A stretch of DNA of 64,000 bases from an uncultured Planctomycetia bacterium (GCA_964354545.1 CAYHAE010000001.1:65190-129189), one strand, 5' to 3'; numbered from the stretch's first letter, positions 1-9,208 are shown. The notes: generated from the letters alone by a model not told the origin. Numbers and translations are program-made.

Positions 1-4
1 TCGC

Positions 5-430
5 TTGGTGGCTATTGTTAAAAGTGTAAATATTCAGATATTATTGAGCTTGTTGTTGCTAACTCCGTTAGTAGTATTAATAGGTATCATGCTATCTCAT
101 AGGATCGCAGGACCCATATACAGGATGGAGAGATTTCTGGAAGGCATTGCAAATGGTGACATTACCAGGTTCATAACCCTGAGAAAGAGGGATGAGTTGA
201 AGTCGCTGGCAGACGGAATCAATACGGTGGTGAAAAGTCTGCGGGGAAGGGTAACCGAAGAGGTTGAGATCATTAAGAGGTTACATAAGGAGATAACCGA
301 CCTGGAAGGCTTATCCAGGAACGTGCAAATTTCACCGGAACACATGAAAGAGGAGATCAATCAAGAGATCAAGCACTTGTATGACCTCATTGATTTCCTT
401 GACAAATCTGTAGCGCAATATAAGATATAA
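5..430 (+). CDS. C-terminal part of a HAMP-domain signalling protein (5' end outside the window)
   Basis: The ORF runs to the window edge. It has a hydrophobic N-terminal segment followed by a HAMP-like amphipathic linker (LSHRIAGPIYRMERFLEGIANGDITRFI). Confidence 0.45.
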   Translation: MVAIVKSVNIQILLSLLLLTPLVVLIGIMLSHRIAGPIYRMERFLEGIANGDITRFITLRKRDELKSLADGINTVVKSLRGRVTEEVEIIKRLHKEITDLEGLSRNVQISPEHMKEEINQEIKHLYDLIDFLDKSVAQYKI

Positions 431-598
431 ATAGCTCCATTTCCATTTAATAACAAGGAATCCCTCCCAATATCCATCCTTATATCTTACCTTAAATAGA
501 ATATGACGCAAATTTTGATACGTATTTTGGGGTAAGGCCATAACGTCTTCACTAATAAATAGTTACAGCGTAAAACTGAAAATTAGAATTCCTAACCC

Positions 599-626
599 TT
601 GACAATTAATAAAAATAATGTATACT
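599..626 (+). promoter_or_regulatory. sigma70-like promoter (TTGACA, 16 nt spacer, TATACT)
   Basis: Consensus hexamers were read directly in the sequence, about 130 nt upstream of the first HTH gene. Confidence 0.3.
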
Positions 627-759
627 TAATATCACCCCGAATAAAAGGGCGAGATTCCATGCGTCCTTATACAAAGAAGTGTAAGGGTATAGTGGTCTAT
701 AGCGATTCGTATTAAAGGATATAGATAAATAGACCATAGCCCGTCAATGAGGTGCGTAT

Positions 760-948
760 ATGCCGGAAGAGAACGTCTTCACGGTCCAGGAGTTGGCTCG
801 CTACCTCAAAATGAAACCGGTAACTATCTATAAGCACGCCAAAGAGGGCAAGTTACCCTGGTTCAAGTTTGGAGCCAACTGGAGGTTCGTGGAATCCTTG
901 AACGGCCACCGGATCGTCGCGCAGGACGTGAACGATACCCGAGAGTAG
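760..948 (+). CDS. small excisionase/AlpA-type helix-turn-helix DNA-binding protein, copy 1
   Basis: 62 aa. It carries the motif FTVQELARYLKMKPVTIYKHAKEGKLP, typical of the excisionase-family HTH. The first roughly 130 nt are nearly identical to 1671-1800. Confidence 0.6.
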   Translation: MPEENVFTVQELARYLKMKPVTIYKHAKEGKLPWFKFGANWRFVESLNGHRIVAQDVNDTRE

Positions 949-953
949 TGGCA

Positions 954-997
954 TAATACCTAGCTCTTTTTAATGTAAAGAGTTAGGTATTTTTTAT
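954..997 (+). terminator. rho-independent terminator
   Basis: Hairpin aatacctagctc...gagttaggtatt followed by a T-run. Confidence 0.5.
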
Positions 998-1024
998 GGG
1001 TTATCCTAACCATCGCGAAGGCCC

Positions 1025-1243
1025 TTGGCGATGAGAAAAAACCGCAAGGAAAGTATAGCAGAACGTCTGATAGAACGCTCAAAAGCGGACCTCTCATTCG
1101 ATATAGACTTTTGGCAGAAGGCAGGCGCTAGAGCGCGCTTCATTGCCATGTGGAAGGCAGTTGGCGAGTTCTACAAAATTAGAGGAATGGATGGAAATAA
1201 GCTACGACTACAGAGATCTATTCAAAGCGTTGAGCAGATATAA
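1025..1243 (+). CDS. hypothetical small protein (72 aa), overlaps the next gene in another frame
   Basis: ORF only. There is no recognisable domain. Confidence 0.25.
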   Translation: MAMRKNRKESIAERLIERSKADLSFDIDFWQKAGARARFIAMWKAVGEFYKIRGMDGNKLRLQRSIQSVEQI

Positions 1244-1667
1244 CGTCGCATATCTCGTGGTTGGCGCTTACGCCGTTGCGTATTATGCAGAGCCGCGATT
1301 TACCAAAGACCTTGATATTTGGGTAAATCCGGAGCTTGAAAACGCACAGAGGCTTTACAAGGCGATGAAGGAATTTGGCGCGCCCCTGAGAGGCGTTCAT
1401 CCGGAAGATTTTACAGAGAGAAAGATGCTATACCAGATCGGCGTTGCGCCGATCCGGATAGACATACTAATGGATGTGGCGGGAATTCCGTTCGAGCAGG
1501 CGTGGACGAGGAGGAAAAGATCGAGGTACGGAGATATTCCGATAAATATTCTCGGCATCAAAGACCTCATAACCTCGAAGAAGAGGTTCAAAAGAGAGCA
1601 GGATGTTCTGGATTTGAAGAGGCTCATGGCCCTGAGAAGAATACAGCACGGGAGGAAGAAGGGATAA
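1191..1667 (+). CDS. nucleotidyltransferase-fold protein (minimal pol-beta-type NTase, possible toxin-antitoxin component)
   Basis: Motif YLVVGAYAVAYY...PRFTKDLDIWV resembles the Gx(n)DxD nucleotidyltransferase signature. The internal start MEISYDY was chosen. Confidence 0.4.
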   Translation: MEISYDYRDLFKALSRYNVAYLVVGAYAVAYYAEPRFTKDLDIWVNPELENAQRLYKAMKEFGAPLRGVHPEDFTERKMLYQIGVAPIRIDILMDVAGIPFEQAWTRRKRSRYGDIPINILGIKDLITSKKRFKREQDVLDLKRLMALRRIQHGRKKG

Positions 1668-1670
1668 CCT

Positions 1671-1868
1671 ATGCCGGAAGAGAACGTCTTCACGGTCCAG
1701 GAGTTGGCTCGCTACCTCAAGATGAAACCGGTAACTATCTATAAACACGCCAAAGAGGGCAAGTTACCTGGTTTCAAGGTTGGAGCCAATTGGAGGTTCA
1801 AGAAGTCTACAATAGACAATTGGATCTCTGGACAGGAAGAAAAAGAGAATCAAAAGAGCAGTATATAA
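1671..1868 (+). CDS. small excisionase/AlpA-type HTH DNA-binding protein, copy 2
   Basis: 65 aa. The N-terminal 45 aa are almost identical to the copy at 760-948. Confidence 0.6.
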   Translation: MPEENVFTVQELARYLKMKPVTIYKHAKEGKLPGFKVGANWRFKKSTIDNWISGQEEKENQKSSI

Positions 1869-1909
1869 TACCCAACTCAAGTTTTTTAAATGAGTTGGGT
1901 ATTTTTTTG
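1868..1909 (+). terminator. rho-independent terminator
   Basis: Hairpin aatacccaactca...tgagttgggtatt followed by TTTTTTT. Confidence 0.55.
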
Positions 1910-1977
1910 TCTGCGGGTATCATTGACACTGTGGATAAAGCTAGTTCACACAGGTTATAAGAGGCCTAGCTCCCTAT

Positions 1978-3228
1978 ATGAATAAAAGAGTTGTAATTAC
2001 AGGACTGGGGGTACTTGCCTCGAACGGCATCGGCAAGGATGAGTTCTGGAAGTCCCTCAAGGAAGGACGCTCAGGCATCAAGCCTGTGACCCTCTTCGAC
2101 ACAGGGAATCTGCGGACCAAACTCGCAGGCGAGATATCCGACTTCCAGCCAGAGAAAATTTTAGGTCCGAAAGGCCTGCGGACTTTGGACAGGACGACGA
2201 AGCTCGTACTGTGTGCGTCTCACTTGGCGCTCGATGATGCAGGGATAAAATATCCTTTGAGCGAGGAGGAAACAGACTTTTTTGGTGTGTCATTGGGTTC
2301 CACAATGGGTTCTGTCGCGTCCATCAGCGAATTCGATAAAGAGGCATTACGCCATGGGCCCCGAGCCGTGAACCCCGCGCTTTTCCCCAATACCGTGATA
2401 AATTCGCCCGCCAGTCACATCTCGATAATGTTCAACATACAAGGTTTCAACTCCACGATCGCGACAGGGTTCTGCTCAAGCCTGGACGCGATATACTACG
2501 CGATGAATATGCTTAATCTATATGAATACAAAGTAGTGCTGACAGGAGGGGTGGAAGAATTGTGCGAGCATACATATAAAGGTTTTTACAAAATCGGCCA
2601 TCTTGCGGGTTCACGGCCCGGCAAAGAAGAGATCAATAGCCCTTTCGACAGACGGCGAAATGGCATCGTCTTCGGCGAAGGCGCGTGCATAGTCATTCTG
2701 GAAGAACTTGAACATGCCCTGAGTCGGAACGCGAAGATCTATGCGGAAGTACTGGGCTACGGCACGTCATTTGACCCAAAGAGCCGGAACATCTACAGCC
2801 CAAAGGCAGAAGGCGCTACGGAAGCGATAAGGTCGTGTCTTGAGGATGCCGGGGTCGATGGCAAGGATATCGATTATATAAGCGCGAGCGGGAATTCCAC
2901 GCTTGATTGCGATGTAATGGAAACGCGTGCGGTCAAGAATGTCTTTGGTGAACGAGCAAAGAAGATTCCGATAAGTTCATTGAAATCCATGGCGGGGGAG
3001 TCCTTCTCCGCTTCAGGGGCACTGAACCTTGCCGGTTGCCTCGGGATTTTAGAGGAAAATTTTATACCGCCTACGATATGTTACGCAGAGCCCGACAGGC
3101 GATGCGATTTAGACTATGTGCCGAATGAGACACGGGAAGCAAAGGTCGATAAGATCCTGATCGACGCCTTTAGCCCCACCGGCTCAAACTCGACGCTCGC
3201 GGTAGGGAGATATGTTGCTCAAAGATAA
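1978..3228 (+). CDS. beta-ketoacyl synthase-like protein; active-site Cys present but both catalytic His replaced (CLF-like or priming partner)
   Basis: Thiolase-fold KAS family throughout. The TGFCSS Cys box is present. The FabF His303 position reads SASGNST and the His340 position reads SMAGESF. Confidence 0.8.
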   Translation: MNKRVVITGLGVLASNGIGKDEFWKSLKEGRSGIKPVTLFDTGNLRTKLAGEISDFQPEKILGPKGLRTLDRTTKLVLCASHLALDDAGIKYPLSEEETDFFGVSLGSTMGSVASISEFDKEALRHGPRAVNPALFPNTVINSPASHISIMFNIQGFNSTIATGFCSSLDAIYYAMNMLNLYEYKVVLTGGVEELCEHTYKGFYKIGHLAGSRPGKEEINSPFDRRRNGIVFGEGACIVILEELEHALSRNAKIYAEVLGYGTSFDPKSRNIYSPKAEGATEAIRSCLEDAGVDGKDIDYISASGNSTLDCDVMETRAVKNVFGERAKKIPISSLKSMAGESFSASGALNLAGCLGILEENFIPPTICYAEPDRRCDLDYVPNETREAKVDKILIDAFSPTGSNSTLAVGRYVAQR

Positions 3229-3955
3229 GGTTGCAATAGTAACCGGAGGATCGCGCGGCATAGGCAGGGCCATCGTATCGGAATTCGCGAGCCAGGGAGC
3301 AAACGTCGCGTTTACGTTTCTTAAAAGCGAAGACAAAGCCCTCGAATTGAAAAAAGAGATCGAGGGAAAAGGCGGTAAGGTCCTCGTTTTTAGGAATGAC
3401 ATAAAAGATTACGGCGCAACTCGAATTATGGTAGAGGGCGTAAAGAGTCAATTCGGCAGACTGGATATCATCGTAAATAATGCCGGTATATTGCGTGATA
3501 AGGCGCTTATTCTCATGGAAGAAGTGGACTGGGAAGACGTGCTGTCTACCAATCTCTCTGGCGCATTTAACCTTATCAAGGCAGCGATCGTGACATTCAT
3601 GAAGCAAAGAAGCGGCAACATCATCAATGTAACGTCAGTAGCCGGCATAAAGGGTATGGCACGGCAAGTCAATTACTCAGCGAGCAAGGCCGGCATGATA
3701 GGTCTTACAAAGTCGTTAGCAAAGGAGGTTGGTAGCTACAATATCAGGGTGAATGCGATAGCGCCCGGGTATATAGATACTGATATGATTAAAGATTTCA
3801 AAGAAGAATATAAAAAAGACTTATTGAAACGCGTTCCATTGAACCGTTTTGGGAAGGCAGAAGAAGTTGCAAAGGTGGCAACGTTTCTTGCCTCAGACGA
3901 ATCGCAATACATAACGGGTCAGGTGATAACTATTGACGGCGGTTTAGCGATGTAG
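3212..3955 (+). CDS. fabG: 3-oxoacyl-ACP reductase, SDR family
   Basis: TGGSRGIGRAI Rossmann motif, NNAG motif and YSASKAG catalytic Tyr/Lys motif. It overlaps the upstream KS. Confidence 0.85.
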   Translation: MLLKDKVAIVTGGSRGIGRAIVSEFASQGANVAFTFLKSEDKALELKKEIEGKGGKVLVFRNDIKDYGATRIMVEGVKSQFGRLDIIVNNAGILRDKALILMEEVDWEDVLSTNLSGAFNLIKAAIVTFMKQRSGNIINVTSVAGIKGMARQVNYSASKAGMIGLTKSLAKEVGSYNIRVNAIAPGYIDTDMIKDFKEEYKKDLLKRVPLNRFGKAEEVAKVATFLASDESQYITGQVITIDGGLAM

Positions 3956-3978
3956 CCTAACTGGCGAGGTTGAGGAAG

Positions 3979-4233
3979 ATGCCTAAACTAGATGCAAGGT
4001 CATTAGAGCAAGAATTGAGAGCGCTTGTTGCCGAGATAGTGGAGATTGAGCCGGAGAAGATAACACCGGAGGCAAAGTTCGTTGAAGATTTGGGGATGGA
4101 TTCCATGATGGCGCTTGAAATTTTGGCATCGATCGAAAAGAAATATAAATTGAAAATTCCCGATGAGAACCTTACGAAGATAACAAATTTAAACCAGGTC
4201 ATAAAATTGGCGAACGAATTCTTAACTAAATGA
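3979..4233 (+). CDS. acyl carrier protein
   Basis: DLGMDSMMALE phosphopantetheine-attachment motif. It is about 85 aa with an RBS gaggaag upstream. Confidence 0.8.
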   Translation: MPKLDARSLEQELRALVAEIVEIEPEKITPEAKFVEDLGMDSMMALEILASIEKKYKLKIPDENLTKITNLNQVIKLANEFLTK

Positions 4234-4249
4234 AACGAAGTAGGAAGCG

Positions 4250-5464
4250 ATGAACAGGCGTGTTGTGGTGACTGGTTTGGGTGTTGTGTCGTCGATAGGC
4301 ATTGGTAAAGATGAGTTCTGGAAGAACCTCATTGCCGGCAAGTCAGGGATAAGCGATATCACCACTTTCGACACATCAGAATACTCTACCCATAAAGGAG
4401 GCGAAGTTAAAAACTTTGACCCCAAAGAATTTATCCCAAAAAATAGAATAAACGATGTCGCAAGGGCTTCACAATTCGCCATCGCTGCAACAAAGATGGC
4501 GCTTGAAGATGCGGGAGTTGATTTGGAGGGAATTCGTAATAAAAAGGTTGGTATAGTAATGGGTACTACCATGGCGGATGTCCAGTCGTTGGAGCAAATA
4601 GATAAGCATTGGATAAGTAAAGGAGAAGATGATGTATGGCCTGTTAATATTAAGAAATATCCGGCAAACAACATTTCAGATCAGATTGGTTTCTATTTTA
4701 GCATACAAGGGTTAAATTCCACGATTCCGACTGCGTGCGCAGCCGGAAATTATTCTATTGGATTTGCATTTGATTTAATAAGAACGGGTAAATTAGATTT
4801 TGCGGTAGTTGGAGGTGCAGATCCAATTTCTCGAACAAATTTTGCAGGTTTTAATCGTCTCGTTGCTATGGCCCCAGACAGATGCCAACCATTCGATAAA
4901 AATAGAAAGGGTATGATGGTTGGAGAAGGGGCAGGTGTGTTAATATTGGAGGAACTGGAAATAGCAGAGAAGCGAAACACATCCATATATGCTGAAATTC
5001 TAGGGTATGGATTGAGTTGCGATGCGTATCATATGACTTCGCAGCGTCCCGATGGTATCATTAAAGTAATGGAGAAGGCGATAAAAAACTCAAGAGTCAA
5101 TAAGGGAGAGGTCGACTATATCAGCGCTCATGGGACTGGCACACCATCAAATGATAAAGCAGAATGTGAGGCAATCAAAACAGTGTTTGGTGTTTTAGTT
5201 AGGAGTATATCTATTAGCTCTATTAAATCAATGCTTGGCCATACCATGGGTGCAGCTAGCGCTATAGAGGCGCTTACCTGTTGCCTTGCAATAGAAAACG
5301 GCATTATTCCACCTACTATTAACTATGAAACGCAGGATCCTGAATGTGACATTGATTGCGTTCCAAATGTGGCAAAAAAGAAGACATTGAAAGTCGTTCT
5401 AAATAATTCATTTGCATTCGGTGAGAATAATGCATGTGTGGTGTTTAAAAAATATGAAAGATAA
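4250..5464 (+). CDS. beta-ketoacyl-ACP synthase with canonical Cys-His-His triad (KAS I/II-like)
   Basis: TACAAG Cys box, SAHGTGT and SMLGHTMG His motifs. The gene is AT-rich. Confidence 0.85.
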   Translation: MNRRVVVTGLGVVSSIGIGKDEFWKNLIAGKSGISDITTFDTSEYSTHKGGEVKNFDPKEFIPKNRINDVARASQFAIAATKMALEDAGVDLEGIRNKKVGIVMGTTMADVQSLEQIDKHWISKGEDDVWPVNIKKYPANNISDQIGFYFSIQGLNSTIPTACAAGNYSIGFAFDLIRTGKLDFAVVGGADPISRTNFAGFNRLVAMAPDRCQPFDKNRKGMMVGEGAGVLILEELEIAEKRNTSIYAEILGYGLSCDAYHMTSQRPDGIIKVMEKAIKNSRVNKGEVDYISAHGTGTPSNDKAECEAIKTVFGVLVRSISISSIKSMLGHTMGAASAIEALTCCLAIENGIIPPTINYETQDPECDIDCVPNVAKKKTLKVVLNNSFAFGENNACVVFKKYER

Positions 5465-6038
5465 TTTGTTAAAGCTTATAAGAAGTAGGCGCACTATACG
5501 AAAATATACAGATAAAGAAATTTCCAATAAACAAATTATGAAAATATTAGAAGCGGGAAGATGGAGCCCCTCGGTTCACAATGCACAACCTTGGCGTTTC
5601 ATTGTGATCAGAAAAGAGCCAGTTATTAAAAGGCTGGCTGGTATATTATTGAAGAAATCTCATCATCTATTCTCTGGGTTTGATATTATTGTCAAAAAGA
5701 CAGCAGAGGTAGTCTTAAGCGCTCCTATCGCTATAGTTATATATAATTCATGTGAGCTCTCAAAAAGGATGAGAAAATTCGGCGATCCCTACTTTTCAAT
5801 TACAGAGATATCGGAGTTGCAGAGCATTTCAGCTTCGATTGAGAATATGTTATTAATGGCGCATTCATTAGGTTTAGGGGCCGCCTGGTTAACATCGCCA
5901 CTTTTTTGCGCCGCAGAGATAAGATCTCTTTTTAATATAAATGGTTCATTTGTAGCACTTTTAACAATTGGATATTCTGGTCAATCTTGTGCAATTTCCG
6001 ATAGAAAATCTTTGAAAAGTTGCATAAAATTCTATTAA
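5454..6038 (+). CDS. nitroreductase-family flavoprotein
   Basis: RRTIRKY...SPSVHNAQPWRF signature. The start overlaps the KAS stop codon. Confidence 0.7.
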   Translation: MKDNLLKLIRSRRTIRKYTDKEISNKQIMKILEAGRWSPSVHNAQPWRFIVIRKEPVIKRLAGILLKKSHHLFSGFDIIVKKTAEVVLSAPIAIVIYNSCELSKRMRKFGDPYFSITEISELQSISASIENMLLMAHSLGLGAAWLTSPLFCAAEIRSLFNINGSFVALLTIGYSGQSCAISDRKSLKSCIKFY

Positions 6039-6039
6039 A

Positions 6040-7530
6040 ATGCAATTAAAACAGGAAAATAAATACGATGTAATTGTAATTGGCGCAGGTATTAGTGGCC
6101 TTATATGCGGCACTATTTTAGCCAAGAATGGCGTAAAAGTCCTTATCGTCGAAAAAAATAATAAAGTAGGTGGTTATTGTTGTTCTTTTATTAGAAATAG
6201 TTTTAAGTTTGATGCGGGTGTGCATTACTTAGGAAGCCTACGTCAAAAAGGCGGACAATTAAGAAAAATACTTGATGAAATAGAATTAACTAGCGACTTG
6301 GAATTAGTTGACACTGATATTTCTGACAAAATATTATTCCTTGATTTCGAAATAATTTTCGGGAAAAATCTCGACGCAGTTACGGATTCTTTCAAAAAGA
6401 ATTTTTCGAATGAAATTGATAGCATTCGGAAATTCATTATTTATATATCCAAAACAGATTTTTCACAACTTTATAGAGAGAATATTACTTTAACATTTAG
6501 GCAGCTCCTTGACAAATATTTTAAATCGGAGTATATAAAACAAATTTTTTCCACGCCTTTAGGCAATGCCGGGGCATCGTCGAATAAGATTGCAGCAATT
6601 AGCGCAATTATTTTATTTAGGGAATATATTTTTGATAGTGGATATTATCCTAAAGGCGGGATGCAAGCTTTTTCAGATAAAATATGTCAAAAGTTCAAAA
6701 CGTTCGGAGGAGAAATTTTATTAAATTCGGAGGTAACAAAAATTTTGCTAACTACTAATAATGAGGCAACGGCTATAATCATAGATGACGGTGAAAGAAT
6801 AGAAGCATCTTATATAGTTTCATGCATAGATTCTTTTCGTACCTTTTTTGATTTATTCTCGAAAAATAGAACGATAGACAAAATTAGAACTAAAATAAAG
6901 AAATTGGTTCCTTCATTTTCTGCTTTTGTCATTTATTTGGGTGTAAAAAACGTAACGCAGGGGTTAGATAGTGTTAAATGTAGCACATGGTTTTGTCCCG
7001 AGCCTAATATAGATGCATATTATGGCTCTGTCTTAAGCAATCACTTAGATTTTAAAAAAAGTTTTTTATTGATCTCTCGGCCAACTTTTTTTGATAAGTC
7101 TCTTGCTCCAAGCAATAGCGAAATCATATCAGTCTTTACTGCCGCACCATTTAAAGATATTGCGTTTTGGGAAAAGAATAGGAAAAAAATAGTCGAAAAC
7201 ATTCTATATAACGTCAAAAAAGTAATTCCTGGAATAACCAATAGCAATATACTTGTAAAAGAGTCAGCCACACCTTTAACATTTTATAAATTTACTTATA
7301 ATTATCGAGGTGCATTGTATGGCTGGGCACCTATCGTAGACCAAATCTCATCAAATATTATGCCCATGAAATCACCTGCTATAAAAAATATGTTATTTGC
7401 AGGTCACTGGACAACTCAGGGATATGCTCAGGGGGGAATACCTGTTGTTGCAATTTCGGGGAGAAATGTTGCTAAGAAGGTATTAAATACATTTTTTAAA
7501 ACGAAAACCAGTATCTTATCACATGATTAA
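6040..7530 (+). CDS. FAD-dependent oxidoreductase of the phytoene desaturase/amine oxidase (CrtI-like) family
   Basis: N-terminal DVIVIGAGISGL...VLIVEKNNKVGGYC dinucleotide-binding motif. About 500 aa. Confidence 0.7.
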   Translation: MQLKQENKYDVIVIGAGISGLICGTILAKNGVKVLIVEKNNKVGGYCCSFIRNSFKFDAGVHYLGSLRQKGGQLRKILDEIELTSDLELVDTDISDKILFLDFEIIFGKNLDAVTDSFKKNFSNEIDSIRKFIIYISKTDFSQLYRENITLTFRQLLDKYFKSEYIKQIFSTPLGNAGASSNKIAAISAIILFREYIFDSGYYPKGGMQAFSDKICQKFKTFGGEILLNSEVTKILLTTNNEATAIIIDDGERIEASYIVSCIDSFRTFFDLFSKNRTIDKIRTKIKKLVPSFSAFVIYLGVKNVTQGLDSVKCSTWFCPEPNIDAYYGSVLSNHLDFKKSFLLISRPTFFDKSLAPSNSEIISVFTAAPFKDIAFWEKNRKKIVENILYNVKKVIPGITNSNILVKESATPLTFYKFTYNYRGALYGWAPIVDQISSNIMPMKSPAIKNMLFAGHWTTQGYAQGGIPVVAISGRNVAKKVLNTFFKTKTSILSHD

Positions 7531-9208
7531 CAAGTTGCAAGAATGCGAAATAGTAAGCAGCCGTATAATGTATAAGAACAATTCTGATATGAATATTTTA
7601 GGATATATTGATTCTGGAGTAACTGGCTATGATGCGAAACCATTCATTATCATTCCTCCGGGATACGGAGAAACAAAAAAAGATCACATATCAACTGCTT
7701 ATTACTTGGTAAGCAATGGTTTTAATGTGCTTCGTTACGATAATACTAATCATATCGGAGAAAGCGATGGGGAAATGGTAGATTGTAATTTGTTATCAAT
7801 GGAAAAAGATTTGGATGCAAGCATTAATTTCATAACGAGCAATTTTGCTACTGACAAGGTTGGTGTCATAGCTTCTAGCCTTGCTAGTAGAGTTGCCTTT
7901 AAGGTTGCCTCCCGTAATAGCTTTATATCTTTCATTATAAGCTTAGTCGGTGTTACGAATTTGAGAAAATCAATTTATTATGTCTATAAAGAGAAGATGA
8001 TAGAAGGGTACATTAGAGGACGCAGATGGGGCATTACTGATATTTTAGGTTTTGAAGTCAGCGATAATTTTCTAAAAATAGCTGTAGAAAATAATTATGA
8101 TACGTTTATTAGTACACTGAATGACATTAAGCGTATAGAGATTCCAATTTTATATATAGTTGCAGAACATGATGCATGGACCGATATTAAAGATAGTTAT
8201 TTGGTATACAAAAAGACGAAAAATATTAATAAAGAATTGTTTTTTGTTTCTAACGCTTTACATCAAATACAAGAAAACCCAAAGCTTGCAAAACAGGTCA
8301 TTTTGAAAATAGTTAAAAATTGCATTAAATACATGCACAATTGCGCAATTTCAGATGAACAATGCATGGAGCCTGACATACATTTTATAGTACGGCAAAA
8401 TAGAATCGAGCAAACAAATTTAAAAAAAACATTGACGGTAACTAGAAACGACGAAAAAAAATTCTGGACTAAGTATATGTCAGATTACTTTATATTAATG
8501 AAATCCTATGAATATAAAAATTTTTTAAGATTAAACTATGAACTGTTAGGCGGGTTTATAGATGGAAATAATTTCTTAGACGCCGGATGCGGAAATGGGC
8601 ATTTTGGTGCTTGGTTAGCAACTAAATTATGCCAAATTGAAAAAATAAGTCGTCTTCACAATTATAATAAGATTTTGTATACGGGGATAGATTTTGTAGA
8701 CCCACCCCTTAAGGAAGCTTTGGATAAGCACGCAAAATTAATCGCGACTTTATCTAAAAAAGAAAATATTGATTTATTAAAAAAGATGAAATTTGTTTAT
8801 ATCGTAGCTACACTAGAAAATGAGTTACCGCTTGAGAATAATTTTTTTGATAAAATTTGTTGCAATCTTGTTATCTCCTATGTTAAAAAGCCAGTCAAAG
8901 TTATTCAAAATCTCGTAAAAAAAATGAAGGAAGGGGGAAAAATAACGGTAAGTTCTCTAAAGCCAAATAACGATCTTTCTCTCATATATCGTAAGGCGCT
9001 TGATCAATCTTTAACCAGTAAAGAAGTTTTTGAAGCTAGAAGGCTTTTAACGAATGCAGGGAAAATAAAATATAAGGAGAAAATAGGTCATTATACATTT
9101 TTCAATGAATTTGAGTTGCTTGAAGTTTTAAGAAAGGCAGGATGTAAAGAAATACATACTTTTAGAACATTTGGAGACCAAGCAAATATTGCTGTAGGAA
9201 CTAAATAG
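7523..9208 (+). CDS. fusion protein: LuxD-like acyltransferase (alpha/beta hydrolase) domain + class I SAM-dependent methyltransferase domain
   Basis: The N-terminal domain resembles the LuxD myristoyl-ACP acyltransferase family (NGFNVLRYDNTNHIGESDG ... VGVIASSLASRVAF). The C-terminal domain has the LDAGCGNGHFG methyltransferase motif I. Confidence 0.55.
   Translation: MINKLQECEIVSSRIMYKNNSDMNILGYIDSGVTGYDAKPFIIIPPGYGETKKDHISTAYYLVSNGFNVLRYDNTNHIGESDGEMVDCNLLSMEKDLDASINFITSNFATDKVGVIASSLASRVAFKVASRNSFISFIISLVGVTNLRKSIYYVYKEKMIEGYIRGRRWGITDILGFEVSDNFLKIAVENNYDTFISTLNDIKRIEIPILYIVAEHDAWTDIKDSYLVYKKTKNINKELFFVSNALHQIQENPKLAKQVILKIVKNCIKYMHNCAISDEQCMEPDIHFIVRQNRIEQTNLKKTLTVTRNDEKKFWTKYMSDYFILMKSYEYKNFLRLNYELLGGFIDGNNFLDAGCGNGHFGAWLATKLCQIEKISRLHNYNKILYTGIDFVDPPLKEALDKHAKLIATLSKKENIDLLKKMKFVYIVATLENELPLENNFFDKICCNLVISYVKKPVKVIQNLVKKMKEGGKITVSSLKPNNDLSLIYRKALDQSLTSKEVFEARRLLTNAGKIKYKEKIGHYTFFNEFELLEVLRKAGCKEIHTFRTFGDQANIAVGTK

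Noticed and set aside
430-760. tRNA or other small RNA genes in the longer non-coding gaps (430-760, 16470-16832, 56129-56628)
   Set aside because: No T-arm GTTCRANYC-type box or cloverleaf arrangement was recognisable by eye. A covariance-model scan would be needed.
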